A DNA stretch of 64,000 nt from Fibrobacteria bacterium (GTDB taxonomy: Bacteria > Fibrobacterota > Fibrobacteria > UBA5070), in NCBI GenBank assembly GCA_020633825.1, contig JACKCV010000001.1:74610-138609 (forward strand), read 5' to 3'. The notes under the pieces are model-generated. The model did not search any database. It worked only from the letters and a program-made list of their open reading frames with translations, and had not been told where the DNA came from. The position numbers were made by a program, and so were the translations under genes. Position 1 is the first letter of the stretch; every line of letters begins with the position of its first letter. Shown here piece by piece: positions 47,890 through 58,828 of the stretch.

Positions 47890-48383
47890 AGGTCGCTCCA
47901 GTTTCCGGGGGCAGAAGTTTCGTTCCAGCGCAGCAGATGCCACTCCAGGGATTCGGATCGTGCCACGCTCCAGGTGGCCTTTCCGTTCCAGCGGGTTCCG
48001 TTCGCCTGCCGCAACGACCAATCGACATCGCCGGTCAGGGTGTCGACGCCCCCGGAAGGGATGCCCGACCAGGTGAAACGCGACGAATCGATGCCCTCCT
48101 TCACCAGCCGCTCGGCGCAGGAGGAGAAGGGCGTCGCCGTGAAGGCCTTGCCGCCGGAGGTTCCCCGGAAACCCTCCCCCACCAACGCGAGCACCTGGAC
48201 GATGTTTCCCTCCGCGAGTCCTTGCGCCCAGACATCGGGGACTTGGGATGCCGTCTTGGCGGTGCGGGAATTGCCGGCCAGGGAAGGAGGTTCGGGCTCG
48301 GAGGGCGCGAAGGGATCGCAGCCGGCCAGGAGGGCGGATGCCGCGAACCAAACCGGGAATCCGAAGGATTTCACCATGACCAT
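47874..48383 (-). CDS. Lipoprotein (hypothetical)
   Basis: ATG 48383 or 48377 (MVMVKSFGFPVWFAASALLAGCDP) in ORF 47874..48407. It overlaps both neighbours. Confidence 0.6.
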   Translation of the reverse strand: MVMVKSFGFPVWFAASALLAGCDPFAPSEPEPPSLAGNSRTAKTASQVPDVWAQGLAEGNIVQVLALVGEGFRGTSGGKAFTATPFSSCAERLVKEGIDSSRFTWSGIPSGGVDTLTGDVDWSLRQANGTRWNGKATWSVARSESLEWHLLRWNETSAPGNWSDLCGGL

Positions 48384-50227
48384 CTCCCCTCGGCGGTGAT
48401 CCGCCAATCATCGGAACCCGGGTCCGAGGCGACGCGCACGACGGAAACCTGGGCTTGGCCATGCTCTCCTTCGATCTGACCGTCCAATGCGACCCGCCAT
48501 TCCGAGACCCTCGGCTCGGAGGCCAGTTGCGAACCGTCCCACACGACCCGGTTCTCCCACCAGCGTTCCACCCAGGGGGAGAGCCCGATGCCGGGTTTCC
48601 ACCACCACCAGAGTCGGGCTCCGGGTTTCCAGACGACGGTACGGCGCTCCACGGCGAAGTCCTCGCCCACCAGCCCCCCGTTCCAGGAGAGACGCTGCTC
48701 GATCCAGAGACGGAAATTGGGCCGCAGCCGGGGGCCTTCCTGGAGGGCGGCGTCCCACTGCCATTCCATCAAACCTTCGTTGCGGGTCGTGTCGAACCTC
48801 CAGGTGGAGCGCTGTTCGCGGGCGGAGGTGCCCGCTTCGAGAAGGATCCGCTCGGCCGGGAGCAGTCCGATGTCTCCCGAAATCCGGTGTCCTTCGCGCC
48901 GTCGGGTCTCCGCCGAATGGACGGAACGCAGATAGACCTCGTCGCGTCGGAACCACGACCAGGCGAAGAGGGGGCGCTGCTCCCTCCCCAACAAGGAGTC
49001 GCGCACCAGGATTCCCAGTCCGGTTTCGGAGAAATCCTGGTCGGGACGATCGGAGGAGGCCGGGGTCGGATTGGCGGGATGCCGCAGGGTCGCCAGGGAT
49101 CGATAGCCGCCGGCTTTCACCTGGATTCCCCCCAGCTCCGTTCCCTCCCAACCGAGGCTGTCGGCGAGACGCAGGAGCGAAGCACGGGAGGATTGGTTCC
49201 TCTCCAGGGCACCTTGGACGCCCTCGAGATCGAGCACGTCGTGCCGTCCGGCACCCATGGACAGGCCGTGCATGTGGAAGAACCCTGCGGGAAGGACCCC
49301 GTCGAGGGTCAGTTGCCCACCGACACCGGCGGCGTCGTCTCCCGGAACGCGGCCCGTGTAGTCGAGGGCGAGGGTATCGGCCCAGCCGATCTCCAATCGC
49401 AGGGATTGGTCGTTCAGAGAGGGGAATCCCCAGGAGGATGCGAGGGATCGGTGGACGATGTCCCGATCCGTTCCCAGTACCTCGGATCTCCGTCGGATCG
49501 CGTCGATGGCTCCCGACAGGCTCGAGGAGATCGGATCGGCCAAGCGCAGGTCCACGCGCAGGTTTCCCGATTCCTCCCGAAGCTCCCGGTCGCCCAGGTC
49601 GCGTTGGATCTGGACACTGGCGTCCTTCTCCAGGATCCCCTCCCCGTGGTACCCCGCTTCCAAGGCGCCGATCGCCGTCGCGAGGGACATGGGTCGGGCT
49701 GATTCGCCGGGAGAGAGGCCGAGGGTCCCCCAGGCCGGGTCGATCCTCTCCCACAGGAGGCCACCCCAACCACCCCACCTCCAACCGTTCCAAGGTGTGC
49801 TCCAGCCGATCAACGACTTGCCTCGAGTCCGGTGTCCTCCGGTCGAGGCGTCCTGCGCCCCTTGTCCTTCCATCTGGCCGGTCTGCTGCCAGGAAAAGGT
49901 CCCCGAGCCGCCTCCCATCGCCCGGGTCAGTGCCAGATGGGTCCCGAAGTCCGCGTCGAGGCGGCGGGGCGAGGAGTTGGCCACGATGCTGGCGGTGTCG
50001 AGAAGCTCCAGATCGATCCCGCCCAGGGAATCCTGCCAGGCGAGCCCGGGCCGCAGCAAGGTGCGGTCGAACTCCTGTCTGGCCGTGAGGGACACCCCCT
50101 GCCGCTCCCACAGGGGATGCAGGATTTCGTCGGAAGGCAAGGGGACCGGTGCGTCTCCCCCGTCCTGGGCCGTAGCCGCCGAGGCCAAGGCCATCATCAC
50201 GACTTGCGCTGGCAGACGAGGGGTCAT
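48371..50227 (-). CDS. Predicted outer-membrane beta-barrel protein (hypothetical, 618 aa)
   Basis: ATG 50227 (MTPRLPAQVVMMALASAATAQ signal) in ORF 48371..50461. It has alternating amphipathic strands, is Trp/Arg-rich, and has an aromatic C-terminus ...ITAEGRWSW. Confidence 0.65.
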   Translation of the reverse strand: MTPRLPAQVVMMALASAATAQDGGDAPVPLPSDEILHPLWERQGVSLTARQEFDRTLLRPGLAWQDSLGGIDLELLDTASIVANSSPRRLDADFGTHLALTRAMGGGSGTFSWQQTGQMEGQGAQDASTGGHRTRGKSLIGWSTPWNGWRWGGWGGLLWERIDPAWGTLGLSPGESARPMSLATAIGALEAGYHGEGILEKDASVQIQRDLGDRELREESGNLRVDLRLADPISSSLSGAIDAIRRRSEVLGTDRDIVHRSLASSWGFPSLNDQSLRLEIGWADTLALDYTGRVPGDDAAGVGGQLTLDGVLPAGFFHMHGLSMGAGRHDVLDLEGVQGALERNQSSRASLLRLADSLGWEGTELGGIQVKAGGYRSLATLRHPANPTPASSDRPDQDFSETGLGILVRDSLLGREQRPLFAWSWFRRDEVYLRSVHSAETRRREGHRISGDIGLLPAERILLEAGTSAREQRSTWRFDTTRNEGLMEWQWDAALQEGPRLRPNFRLWIEQRLSWNGGLVGEDFAVERRTVVWKPGARLWWWWKPGIGLSPWVERWWENRVVWDGSQLASEPRVSEWRVALDGQIEGEHGQAQVSVVRVASDPGSDDWRITAEGRWSW

Positions 50228-51072
50228 TCGTCCTCGTCGAGGGCCGATGGAACGGCCCCTTGGCTGCGGATCTCCTCCAACCTCGGTCGGAAGGCCTCGA
50301 ACAGCGCGGCGAACATCTCCAGGGAGAGCTCCTCCGCCCGGATGGCCGGCTTGAACGAGCACGCTTCGATGGCGGCGTCCACCTCCGGGGCGGAAAAGGT
50401 CATCAGGAGGGAGTTCCGGAGGGTCTTGCGCTTCTGCCGGAATGCCGCCCGGACGAACCACGGGAAGAGGGGGTCGGCGACGAACGGCTCGGGTCTTCCG
50501 ACCAGCCGGAAGGTCCCGGAGTGGACCTTCGGGCGCGGACGGAAACTGTCAGGTCCGATCTTCAGGCGGATCTCGGGGATGGCGTAGTTGGCGACGATCA
50601 CCGAGAGCGATCCGTAGGCTCGGCCTCCGGGGGAAGCGCACACCCGCTTGGCCACCTCCCATTGCACCATGAAGACGAAATGGCGGAACTTGGCGATGTG
50701 CGGCAGGAACCGGATCAGGATCGCCGAGGCGCGGTTGTAGGGCAGGTTCCCGCACAGGGCCGGTTTCAGATCGCCGGGATGCGGATCGAACCAGGGGTCG
50801 AGGTCCACCAGGAGGGCGTCGCGGTTCACCACTTCCAGGTTGGCTCCCCCTCCCACCTTGCGGGGAAGCTTCTCCGCCCATTTGGGATCGATCTCGATGG
50901 CCACCACGCGTCCCGCGCGCTGGCACAGCGGTTCGGTGAGGGCGGCCGCACCCGGGCCGATTTCGATGACGGTCCCCTCCGGCCTGGGATCGACATCGTC
51001 GACGATCCCGGTGACGACCTCGTGGTCCACGAGGAAATTCTGGCCGAACTGACGGCGGTCCCGATCGTACAC
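50224..51072 (-). CDS. rsmA: 16S rRNA (adenine1518/1519-N6)-dimethyltransferase RsmA/KsgA
   Basis: In ORF 50224..51393. FGQNFLVDHEVV, IEIGPGAAALTE, CGNLPYNRAS. There is no in-frame ATG near the conserved N-terminus, so GTG 51072 is proposed and the start is uncertain. Its stop overlaps the OMP ATG (ATGA). Confidence 0.85.
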   Translation of the reverse strand: MYDRDRRQFGQNFLVDHEVVTGIVDDVDPRPEGTVIEIGPGAAALTEPLCQRAGRVVAIEIDPKWAEKLPRKVGGGANLEVVNRDALLVDLDPWFDPHPGDLKPALCGNLPYNRASAILIRFLPHIAKFRHFVFMVQWEVAKRVCASPGGRAYGSLSVIVANYAIPEIRLKIGPDSFRPRPKVHSGTFRLVGRPEPFVADPLFPWFVRAAFRQKRKTLRNSLLMTFSAPEVDAAIEACSFKPAIRAEELSLEMFAALFEAFRPRLEEIRSQGAVPSALDEDE

Positions 51073-51187
51073 GTGCCTGACCTGCTTCCGAAGCCGGATC
51101 CGGCATGGGCGGAATCCAGGATGAAGTCTGAAAACGAGATCACGTCTCGTCTTGCTGGTTGAAAAAGCTACCTTTCCACTCCAGCAT

Positions 51188-51664
51188 ATGTCCAACAAGC
51201 CCTCTTCCAAGACATCCGCGACGCCTTCCAAGCCCACCGACTTCGAAGAAGCGCTCGAAAAGTACCGCGAGCACCTCAAGCGCAAGCGACTTCTCTTCAC
51301 GAGGGAACGCATCGCCATCCTCGAGGAAGTCATGGCCCGCCACGACCATTTTTCGGTCGAAGAGCTCCACGATTCCCTCAAGGCCGCCGGCAAGAAGGTG
51401 TCCCGCGCAACCCTCTACCGCAATCTCGATTCCCTGAAGGAAGCCGGGATCCTCGCCGAGGTCGACCTGGGGAACCGCCACGTGCAGTACGAGCATGTCC
51501 TCGGGCACGGGCACCACTTCCACCTCGTCTGCGAAGACGACGGCGCGGTCGTGGAAGATTCCTCCGCGGAAATCGAGAAGCTTCTCGAAGCCCTGGCGCG
51601 CAAGCACAATCTCGATCTGACGCACTTCAAGCTGCAGATCTTCGGAACGCGTCGGCGCAAGTGA
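51188..51664 (+). CDS. fur: Fur family transcriptional regulator
   Basis: ATG 51188 in ORF 51152..51664. RERIAILEEVMARHDHFSVEELHDSLKAAGKKVSRATLYRNLDSLKEAGIL, then the HGHHFHLVCEDDG metal-site block. Confidence 0.85.
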   Translation: MSNKPSSKTSATPSKPTDFEEALEKYREHLKRKRLLFTRERIAILEEVMARHDHFSVEELHDSLKAAGKKVSRATLYRNLDSLKEAGILAEVDLGNRHVQYEHVLGHGHHFHLVCEDDGAVVEDSSAEIEKLLEALARKHNLDLTHFKLQIFGTRRRK

Positions 51665-51707
51665 TCCCTTCCCCGGTCCGGCCTAGTCCGGACCGGTCTT
51701 CCTCGGG

Positions 51708-52343
51708 TCAGATCGGACGGACGATCACCCTCGCGGGGGCTCCGTCGGATCCCACCCACTTGGGAGGCAGGCACACCAGGTCGTGGAGGCCGCAGTCGAC
51801 CGAGGAGAGATCCAGACCCTCGACCAGCACCATTCCCGCGCCCAGAAGTTCCCTGTGGACATCGTCGCTTTCGTGGAAGCCCTGCACCGAGAGATAGTCG
51901 AACCCCACGAGTCTCAGGCCCCTGGAGAGGAGCCAGCGCGCCCCGGAGAGATCCAGGGCGACGAAATCGCGCACGAATTCCCTTTGGCGCATCAGATCGC
52001 GACGGGTGTTCTCGGTGCGCAGGAGAAGCCTGCGGCAGTCAAGGGGGATGCCCGCGTGTTCCAACACGCTCGCGGTGACCACCGATGCGGGTCCGGTGTC
52101 GGCGATCCAGCATGGCCCGACCAGATCCTCCAGGGAGAGGCTTTCGACCATCTTCCCATCGGGGAGGAAATGCCCGGGGGCGTCGAGGTGCGTTCCCAGG
52201 TGCACATCGAGGACGACCCGACTGACACGGCAGGAGCTATCGGGACCGATTTCCACCACGGGCTCGATGATGGGAGCGGGCGCCCCCTCCCAGACCGGCA
52301 TGGCAGGGTGGACAGGATGGGTGAGATCGATCCAATCGCTCAT
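51708..52343 (-). CDS. Cyclase family protein (kynurenine formamidase-like)
   Basis: ATG 52343 in ORF 51708..53249. The HLGTHLDAPGHF motif is present. The ATG overlaps the stop of the upstream gene. Confidence 0.8.
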   Translation of the reverse strand: MSDWIDLTHPVHPAMPVWEGAPAPIIEPVVEIGPDSSCRVSRVVLDVHLGTHLDAPGHFLPDGKMVESLSLEDLVGPCWIADTGPASVVTASVLEHAGIPLDCRRLLLRTENTRRDLMRQREFVRDFVALDLSGARWLLSRGLRLVGFDYLSVQGFHESDDVHRELLGAGMVLVEGLDLSSVDCGLHDLVCLPPKWVGSDGAPARVIVRPI

Positions 52344-53296
52344 TGCCAGGCCTCCTGGACACGATCCATGAGCAGGGAGAGGTCGAGGCTGTCGGAGAGG
52401 CTCCAGAGCGGACTTTCCCGCAATCCTTGCCCGAGGCACTCCCCGAAATGGCGGATTTCGTGCTCGTAGCCATGACCGCCCGCCGGCGGAGGGATGCGCT
52501 CCGAGCCATTCGCGTCGTGGACCACGACGGTGGTGGGGATGTGGAACATGCGCTCCAGGACGATCCTCCCGGATTCCCCCTCGATCACCGCCATGCAAGG
52601 AGTCGACTCGACCAAGGTCGAGTGCAAGGAGGCGCTCTGCCCTCCCAGCCAGGCGAGGTCGACCCTGCAGGAAGCGTCGACTCCGGTGGTGGATCGCTGG
52701 CAGACGGAGGCCACCCGATCCGGATTCCCCAGGAACGACCTGGCCAGGAACAGCGGATAGATCCCGATGTCCAACAGACTGCCTCCCCCCGATCGCGGAT
52801 CCCACAGGCGGGAAGACGGGTCCTGGGGAGCGACGAAGCCGAAGTCGGCGACCACGTTTCGCACCTCCCCGATCCGGCCGCTGCCGACCAGGTCGAGGGC
52901 CGTCTGGAAGGAGGGGAGGAAGCGGGTCCACAAGGCCTCCATGCACAGGATGCCACGGGACCGGGCGAGAAGGGCGATGGAATCCGCTTCGGCGCGGTTC
53001 AGTCCGAAGGGCTTTTCCACCAGGACTGGTTTCCCGGCCTCCAAGCACGCGCGTGCTCCGGGTGCGTGGAGCATGTGCGGAGTGGCCACGTACACGGCAT
53101 CGACTTCCGGATGGTGGAGGAGGTCGTCGGCAGTGGCGCACACCTCGGGATTTCCGAATCGCGAGGCGAAGTCTCCCGCTTTGGATGAATCCCGCGCCCA
53201 GACGGCTTGCAAGGTCGCATTGCCGGCCAACGGGAGATCCGCGGCCCATTTGGAGGCGATTTTCCCCGCCCCGAGGATTCCCCAGCGAATGGTCAT
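52340..53296 (-). CDS. Gfo/Idh/MocA family oxidoreductase
   Basis: ORF 52340..53296. MTIRWGILGAGKIASKWA Rossmann start and the LVEKPFGLN motif. Confidence 0.88.
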   Translation of the reverse strand: MTIRWGILGAGKIASKWAADLPLAGNATLQAVWARDSSKAGDFASRFGNPEVCATADDLLHHPEVDAVYVATPHMLHAPGARACLEAGKPVLVEKPFGLNRAEADSIALLARSRGILCMEALWTRFLPSFQTALDLVGSGRIGEVRNVVADFGFVAPQDPSSRLWDPRSGGGSLLDIGIYPLFLARSFLGNPDRVASVCQRSTTGVDASCRVDLAWLGGQSASLHSTLVESTPCMAVIEGESGRIVLERMFHIPTTVVVHDANGSERIPPPAGGHGYEHEIRHFGECLGQGLRESPLWSLSDSLDLSLLMDRVQEAWQ

Positions 53297-53430
53297 GTCA
53301 CGAAATTAGCCCTCGGATCCGCGGGGCATGGGAAATGGGTTGCGGATCTGATAGGAATTCTGGATCTGTATTTCTAATATTGCCCCCCGACCCCCATGTC
53401 GGGGGCACCCACACCACCTCAGGAGACCTC

Positions 53431-53994
53431 ATGTCGCACGCAGGTTCCGGAAATCCCGCCGTTGTCGGTTTGGCTGGATTCGGCCTCACCACCTTGATCC
53501 TCCAACTCCACAATCTGGGATTGGTGGGCCTGGGACCCGTTCTCTGGTTGGGGTTGATTTTTGGTGGCCTTGCACAGTTCATCGCCGGGTTGCAGGAATT
53601 CAAGACCGGCAACAATTTCGGCTACTGTGCATTCACCTCCTACGGTGCGTTCTGGATCAGCCTCTGCCTGATGCTGTTGGGAAATGCTCATGGCTGGTGG
53701 GTTCTGGAAAAGCCGGACGTCGGCTGGTTCCTGGTCGGCTGGACCTTGCTCACCGCCATCCTTTGGGTTGGATCCCTCAAAATCCATGGAGCCATGGCGA
53801 CCACCTTCAGCCTCCTTTTGGCTGGATTCATCCTCCTCGACCTGGAGCATTTCGGGATGCCCTTCCTGAAGACCCCTGCCGCGATTGTTTTGATCGGCTG
53901 TGCATTGGCTGCCTGGTACATGATGGCGCGCGCGATCTTCGCCGAACTTTGGGGCCGGGATGTGCTCCCCGCCGGCAAGCCCTGGATCGGCTGA
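53431..53994 (+). CDS. GPR1/FUN34/YaaH (SatP-type) acetate/succinate transporter family protein
   Basis: ATG 53431 follows AGGAG. NPAVVGLAGFGLTTLILQLHN...FTSYGAFWIS is the family signature, with 6 TM helices. Confidence 0.85.
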   Translation: MSHAGSGNPAVVGLAGFGLTTLILQLHNLGLVGLGPVLWLGLIFGGLAQFIAGLQEFKTGNNFGYCAFTSYGAFWISLCLMLLGNAHGWWVLEKPDVGWFLVGWTLLTAILWVGSLKIHGAMATTFSLLLAGFILLDLEHFGMPFLKTPAAIVLIGCALAAWYMMARAIFAELWGRDVLPAGKPWIG

Positions 53995-54100
53995 GCCGCT
54001 TCCATCGCCCTACCCGACTTGGAGAACGAAGCCTTGGTGTGCACTCCCTGCACCCCAGGGCTTTTTTGTTTGGAGGTCTCCCAGAGGGAGGAGGTGCGCC

Positions 54101-56911
54101 TCAGAGATCCCGGGAGAGCCGTGTACTGGCCACACTGTGCAGAAGGTCTCGCAAATCTCCCAGGGCGAGGGGCTTGGCGAGGAATCCGTCCATCCCCGCT
54201 TGACGGCACCGTTCACGCTCTTCCGGCAGGGCACTGGCCGTCAGCGCCCAGATGGGGGAGGTGAACCCCTCCCCCCGAAGGAGGCGTGTCACTTCCAATC
54301 CATCCATGAGGGGCATGTGCACATCCATCAGGATCAGATCCCAAGGATGGGTCCGCCCGGCTTCCAGGGCCTCTTCGCCATCGACCGCCAGTTTGGGACG
54401 GCAACCGAGGCGACGGAGGAAACCCAGAATCACCTTCTGGTTCACGTTGTTGTCCTCGGCGACCAGAACGGATAGGGGGGGCAGATCCCCGGAATCGTCG
54501 ACGGATTTCACCTCGGGCTCGGTCTTGGGACAGTACTCCACGGGGAGGGTGAGATGGAAGGTGCTCCCGACTCCGAGTTCGGTGTGTTCCAAGACCAGAT
54601 CCCCACCCATCAGCCGGGCGAGATGTCGTGAAATGGGAAGTCCCAGACCCGTGCCTCCGAAGCGGCGGGTGGTGGACTCGTCGGCCTGGCTGAAGGCTTC
54701 CCAGATCCTCTCGCGGCTTTCCGGTGCGATTCCGGTGCCGGTATCCTCCACCGTGATGGACCAGGCCCCCTCCTCGATCCGGCTGCGAAGCACGACCCGT
54801 CCTTGTTCGGTGAACTTGATGGCGTTCGAAACCAGGTTCGTGAGGATCTGTCGGATGCGGATGGGATCGCCCAGGACGTGCAGGTCTTCCGATTGGGCCG
54901 CGTCCACGGTCAGGGCGATGCCGCGGGCGGCGATGGCCGGTTGGAAGAGCGCTTCGATGTCCCCCAGCAGGGTGGAGGGGTCCATGGGAGTGTTCTCCAC
55001 GACCATGCGTCCCGCATCGATCTTCGACAGGTCCAGGATGTCGCCGAGCAGATCCCGCAGCGATTCGGCGCTGGAACGAAGGTCCCGGACCCAGCGTCGT
55101 TCGGAAGGTGGGAGCTGGGCCCCATCCAGAAGTTCGGCCATTCCCAGAATCCCATTCAAGGGCGTCCGGATTTCGTGACTCATGTTCGCCAGGAATCGAC
55201 TCTTGGCATGACTGGCCTCTTCCGACTGTCGAGCCATGGAGCGCAGCGTCTCCATGTGCAGGGAGAGCCGCGTCGACATGGCCGAAAGGGAGGCCCCCAG
55301 CCGTCCCACCTCGTCGCGTCCCAGGGGGAGGGACGGGAATTGGAGCGAACCGGCTTCCAGGTTCGAGGCCGCTCGGGTGAGGCTTTCCAAGGGAGCGGTC
55401 AAGCGCCGGGCCAGGAGGAGGATCACGGCGACGGAAAACATGGAAGTGGTCAGGAACAGAAGAAGGACGAGGATCTCCGCGTCGCGGAAGGGGCGCAGGA
55501 GATCGGACACCGGGGTGGAAATGGCCGCCACCAAGGCAGGGGCTCGCTCCATCCGCTTCCAGGCCAGGAATTCCCGGCCCAAGCCTCGGTGCGAGCGGTA
55601 GAGGGCGATTCCCGAGGTTTCCTGGAACAGGCGCGCACGCAACGAGTGGGGAATGGAGTCGAGCCAGGGTGTGTTCCAGCCCGAAGGATTCGAGGAGGCG
55701 ATGCCGGAGCGGGCGTGTTCCATCAACGGGTGGGGAGCCATGGGGACGAGGATTCCGAAATCCGGGCTCCATTCCCGCTCCAGGAGGTGATCGGACCAGG
55801 TGGTGATCTGGTGGCCGGTCAACTTGGTCGAGAACTGCATGCCGTGCAAGGAGAGTACCAGGGCGACCCCGATCACGGCGACCAGGTGGAGTCCCGTGAT
55901 CACCGGCAGCAGGGAGGTGAGGAGGGAGCTTCGGAGGGTGGCTTGCAGCCGCTTCTGCACCAGCCTCTGGCGGACCACGACCAATGGTCCCAGAGCGACG
56001 ACCACGACGATCAGGAGCAAACTCCCACCCGGACCTTCCGAAACGAGGGACCAGGCCAAAGCCAACGAGGGGAAGGCCACCCACGCCAAGGGGAGAAGGG
56101 ATTCTCGGATGGCCTTCAGGGTGCGGCGATGATCGGCGGAACGCCTGGAGGGAGGGGGGTGCCCGAGGCTCCAACCGGAAATTCCCAACAACAAGGCGAA
56201 CCCCAGGTTGGGGCCATGGAGGACGAGGGGGCGCCAAGGGGATCCGATCCAGCCGGATCCGGCTTCGAGCAGCACATCCCCCAGGAGAAGCGTCCCCACG
56301 GCGGCGGTCCCCCAGCGATGCGCTCCCCCGGCAGCTCGTCTCCTGGGGCCGCGAACCATTAGGTCCACCAGAAGGAGAAGGATCAGGAATTCCATGACCG
56401 GATAGACCAGGGAGATGGCCACGCGCGCCAAGGTCCTTTCGTCGAAACCTCCCAGTCCCGGATGCAGGGCCATGTGCCAGTACACGCTGCCGCAGGCCAG
56501 GGCGGCGATGCCGAGATCGAGAAAGGACAGGGCGCGGGAGGCGCTTTCGATGCCTCGAGAGGGCAAGCGCACGAGCCCGACCAATCCGAGGAGGGCGCCC
56601 GCGAGGAAGAAGACGTCTCCCACCGTGAAGCCGAGGTCGGAGGTAGGAGAGGAGACCTCCAGGACCTTCAGGAAAATTCCCGTGGACCAGGCCAAGCCCC
56701 CCAGGGCGATAAGACGAAACCCCTCCTGTTCCTTGCCGGATGTGACGGCGAGATTTCTCCAGAAGAGGCCGACGGCGGAAATCCCCAGGAGGGTGGTGAA
56801 GCCCCTCAGAACGACTTCCCGGAGGGATCCGTCGAACACTCCCATGGCGAGGAAAGCCAGGATCACGGTTCCTGACAGTGCCATGGGTGGGGATACATGC
56901 GGGCGAGGCAT
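54101..56911 (-). CDS. Hybrid sensor histidine kinase/response regulator with polytopic N-terminal sensor
   Basis: ORF 54101..56911. Multiple N-terminal TM helices, a HAMP-like segment, the H-box [13 protein letters not shown], the ATPase boxes DTGTGI and GGTGLGL, and the receiver [13 protein letters not shown]...[13 protein letters not shown]. Confidence 0.9.
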   Translation of the reverse strand: MPRPHVSPPMALSGTVILAFLAMGVFDGSLREVVLRGFTTLLGISAVGLFWRNLAVTSGKEQEGFRLIALGGLAWSTGIFLKVLEVSSPTSDLGFTVGDVFFLAGALLGLVGLVRLPSRGIESASRALSFLDLGIAALACGSVYWHMALHPGLGGFDERTLARVAISLVYPVMEFLILLLLVDLMVRGPRRRAAGGAHRWGTAAVGTLLLGDVLLEAGSGWIGSPWRPLVLHGPNLGFALLLGISGWSLGHPPPSRRSADHRRTLKAIRESLLPLAWVAFPSLALAWSLVSEGPGGSLLLIVVVVALGPLVVVRQRLVQKRLQATLRSSLLTSLLPVITGLHLVAVIGVALVLSLHGMQFSTKLTGHQITTWSDHLLEREWSPDFGILVPMAPHPLMEHARSGIASSNPSGWNTPWLDSIPHSLRARLFQETSGIALYRSHRGLGREFLAWKRMERAPALVAAISTPVSDLLRPFRDAEILVLLLFLTTSMFSVAVILLLARRLTAPLESLTRAASNLEAGSLQFPSLPLGRDEVGRLGASLSAMSTRLSLHMETLRSMARQSEEASHAKSRFLANMSHEIRTPLNGILGMAELLDGAQLPPSERRWVRDLRSSAESLRDLLGDILDLSKIDAGRMVVENTPMDPSTLLGDIEALFQPAIAARGIALTVDAAQSEDLHVLGDPIRIRQILTNLVSNAIKFTEQGRVVLRSRIEEGAWSITVEDTGTGIAPESRERIWEAFSQADESTTRRFGGTGLGLPISRHLARLMGGDLVLEHTELGVGSTFHLTLPVEYCPKTEPEVKSVDDSGDLPPLSVLVAEDNNVNQKVILGFLRRLGCRPKLAVDGEEALEAGRTHPWDLILMDVHMPLMDGLEVTRLLRGEGFTSPIWALTASALPEERERCRQAGMDGFLAKPLALGDLRDLLHSVASTRLSRDL

Positions 56912-56999
56912 ATCCCCAAGAATACCACCACTTCAGCGCTTGGGACTAGATTGCACCCTATCCCCTTCAGCTACATCCATCCGATAGATTGGAGATCTC

Positions 57000-57869
57000 A
57001 TGAAAGGCATCGTGCTCGCCGGCGGATCCGGAACCCGACTCTATCCCATGAGCAGGGTGGCCAGCAAGCAGTTGCAGCCCATCTACGACAAGCCCATGAT
57101 CTACTACCCGGTCGCTACGCTGATGATGGCTGGAATCCGGGAAATCCTGATCATCTCCACCCCGCACGACACGCCGCGCTTCCAGGATCTCCTGGGCGAC
57201 GGGTCCCAGTGGGGAATCCGCCTGGAGTACGTGGTCCAGCCTTCGCCCGATGGGCTGGCCCAGGCCTTCCTGCTGGGTGAGACCTTCATCGGCTCCGATG
57301 ATGTCACGCTCATCCTGGGAGACAACCTCTTCTACGGACGCATGGGATTGGCCGAGGCCATCCGGGATTTCAAGGGAGGAGCCAAGGTCTGGGGGTATCC
57401 GGTCAACGACCCCGAACGGTACGGAGTGGTGGAGTTCGACGACCAGGGGAAGGTCCTGTCCATCGAGGAAAAACCGAGCAAACCCAAGAGTCGCTATGCG
57501 GTACCGGGATTGTACGTGTACGACAACTCGGTGGTGGCCCGTGCCAAGGTCCAGAAGCCCTCGCATCGCGGGGAATTGGAGATCACCGATCTCAACCTGA
57601 CCTACCTGAAGGAAGGCACCTTGCGCGTGGAGAAGTTGGGTCGTGGCATCGCGTGGCTGGACACGGGGACCACCGAATCCCTTCTCGAAGCGGGCCAATT
57701 CATCCACGCCATCGAGGCGCGGCAGGGGCTGAAGGTTTGCTGTCCCGAGGAGATCGCCCTGCGTCAGGGATATCTCGGCAAGGACCAATTCCGGAAATTG
57801 CTCGATGTCATGCCCAAGTCCAGCTACCGGGAATACCTCGAGAACATCCTGTCGGAGTACGCGGCATGA
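57000..57869 (+). CDS. rfbA: Glucose-1-phosphate thymidylyltransferase
   Basis: ORF 57000..57869. [60 protein letters not shown]. Confidence 0.93.
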   Translation: MKGIVLAGGSGTRLYPMSRVASKQLQPIYDKPMIYYPVATLMMAGIREILIISTPHDTPRFQDLLGDGSQWGIRLEYVVQPSPDGLAQAFLLGETFIGSDDVTLILGDNLFYGRMGLAEAIRDFKGGAKVWGYPVNDPERYGVVEFDDQGKVLSIEEKPSKPKSRYAVPGLYVYDNSVVARAKVQKPSHRGELEITDLNLTYLKEGTLRVEKLGRGIAWLDTGTTESLLEAGQFIHAIEARQGLKVCCPEEIALRQGYLGKDQFRKLLDVMPKSSYREYLENILSEYAA

Positions 57870-58075
57870 AGATCCTGCTTCTCCTGGCCCTGAGCGCCGG
57901 CGGGATCTGGTACAACTTTCGGGCGACGCGGCATTGGTGGGCGCTCCAGAAGCAACACCTTCCGGAAGCATCCGACATCGCGGGGTGGGCGAATCTCGCC
58001 TTCTCCGGGGTGTGGTATGCCTTCCTGTTCGTGTTCTTCGCGGGCCTGACCCTCAACAACACCCTGTTCCGCTGA
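57866..58075 (+). CDS. Small membrane protein (69 aa, hypothetical)
   Basis: ATG 57866 overlaps the rfbA stop (ATGA). Two hydrophobic helices ([34 protein letters not shown]). Confidence 0.45.
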   Translation: MKILLLLALSAGGIWYNFRATRHWWALQKQHLPEASDIAGWANLAFSGVWYAFLFVFFAGLTLNNTLFR

Positions 58076-58127
58076 CCTTTCCTCCGGCTCCCGGGGCTCG
58101 ATGCATCGGCGTCCCGGTTGCCCCCGC

Positions 58128-58730
58128 TCAGGGAGTCATGGTGTCGAGGATCATGCTCCAATATTGGAGTCGGTCGGAGCTTTCCGGGTGCTCCGCCAGG
58201 TTTTCCAAGGCCAAATCGGCCACTCCGTGCACCAACGCCCAGAACCCCAGGGCGATGGTCTCGGGTTTCTCGGACGATTTCCAGCCCGACGCCTGGCAAC
58301 GCTTCACTTGGTCGAGGAGAAGACCAAAGGAATCGGAACCCTCGGGGCATCCCTTCAGGGAACTGAGGGTCTTGCCTTCGCCGGAAAACAGAAGGCGGTA
58401 CATCCCCGATCGCATCAACGCGAAAGCGACATATCCACGTCCCATGGCTCGAAGTCCCTCCAAGGGGGATGAGGCATGGCGGTGGGCCGAGGCCAAGAGG
58501 GCGTACAGATCCTTCCAGCCGACCTCCATCAGGGCACCCAGCAAGGCGTCGCGGTCCGGGAAATGTCGGTAGGGGGCGGTTTTGGAGACTCCGCATCGCG
58601 AGGCCAGCGAACGGAGACTCAAGGAATGGGCACCGTGGTGCTCCAGGTCGACCAGAGCCAATTCCAGCAGGTGGTTGCGCAGGTCCCGGTGATGGTATTC
58701 CCGAGGCTCGGTTTCTGGTCCGTGAGGCAT
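58128..58730 (-). CDS. TetR/AcrR family transcriptional regulator
   Basis: ATG 58730 in ORF 58128..59180. HLLELALVDLEHHGAHSLSLRSLASRCGVSKTAPYRHFPDRDALL. Confidence 0.85.
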   Translation of the reverse strand: MPHGPETEPREYHHRDLRNHLLELALVDLEHHGAHSLSLRSLASRCGVSKTAPYRHFPDRDALLGALMEVGWKDLYALLASAHRHASSPLEGLRAMGRGYVAFALMRSGMYRLLFSGEGKTLSSLKGCPEGSDSFGLLLDQVKRCQASGWKSSEKPETIALGFWALVHGVADLALENLAEHPESSDRLQYWSMILDTMTP

Positions 58731-58828
58731 GAGGATGGAGAAGATAGATGTGGGCGCCGCCAACTTTGTCGGGTAATTTATGTAGGCATCGCCAACATTG
58801 AGCTCGTTCCCGTAGGAGGATTTCCCAA

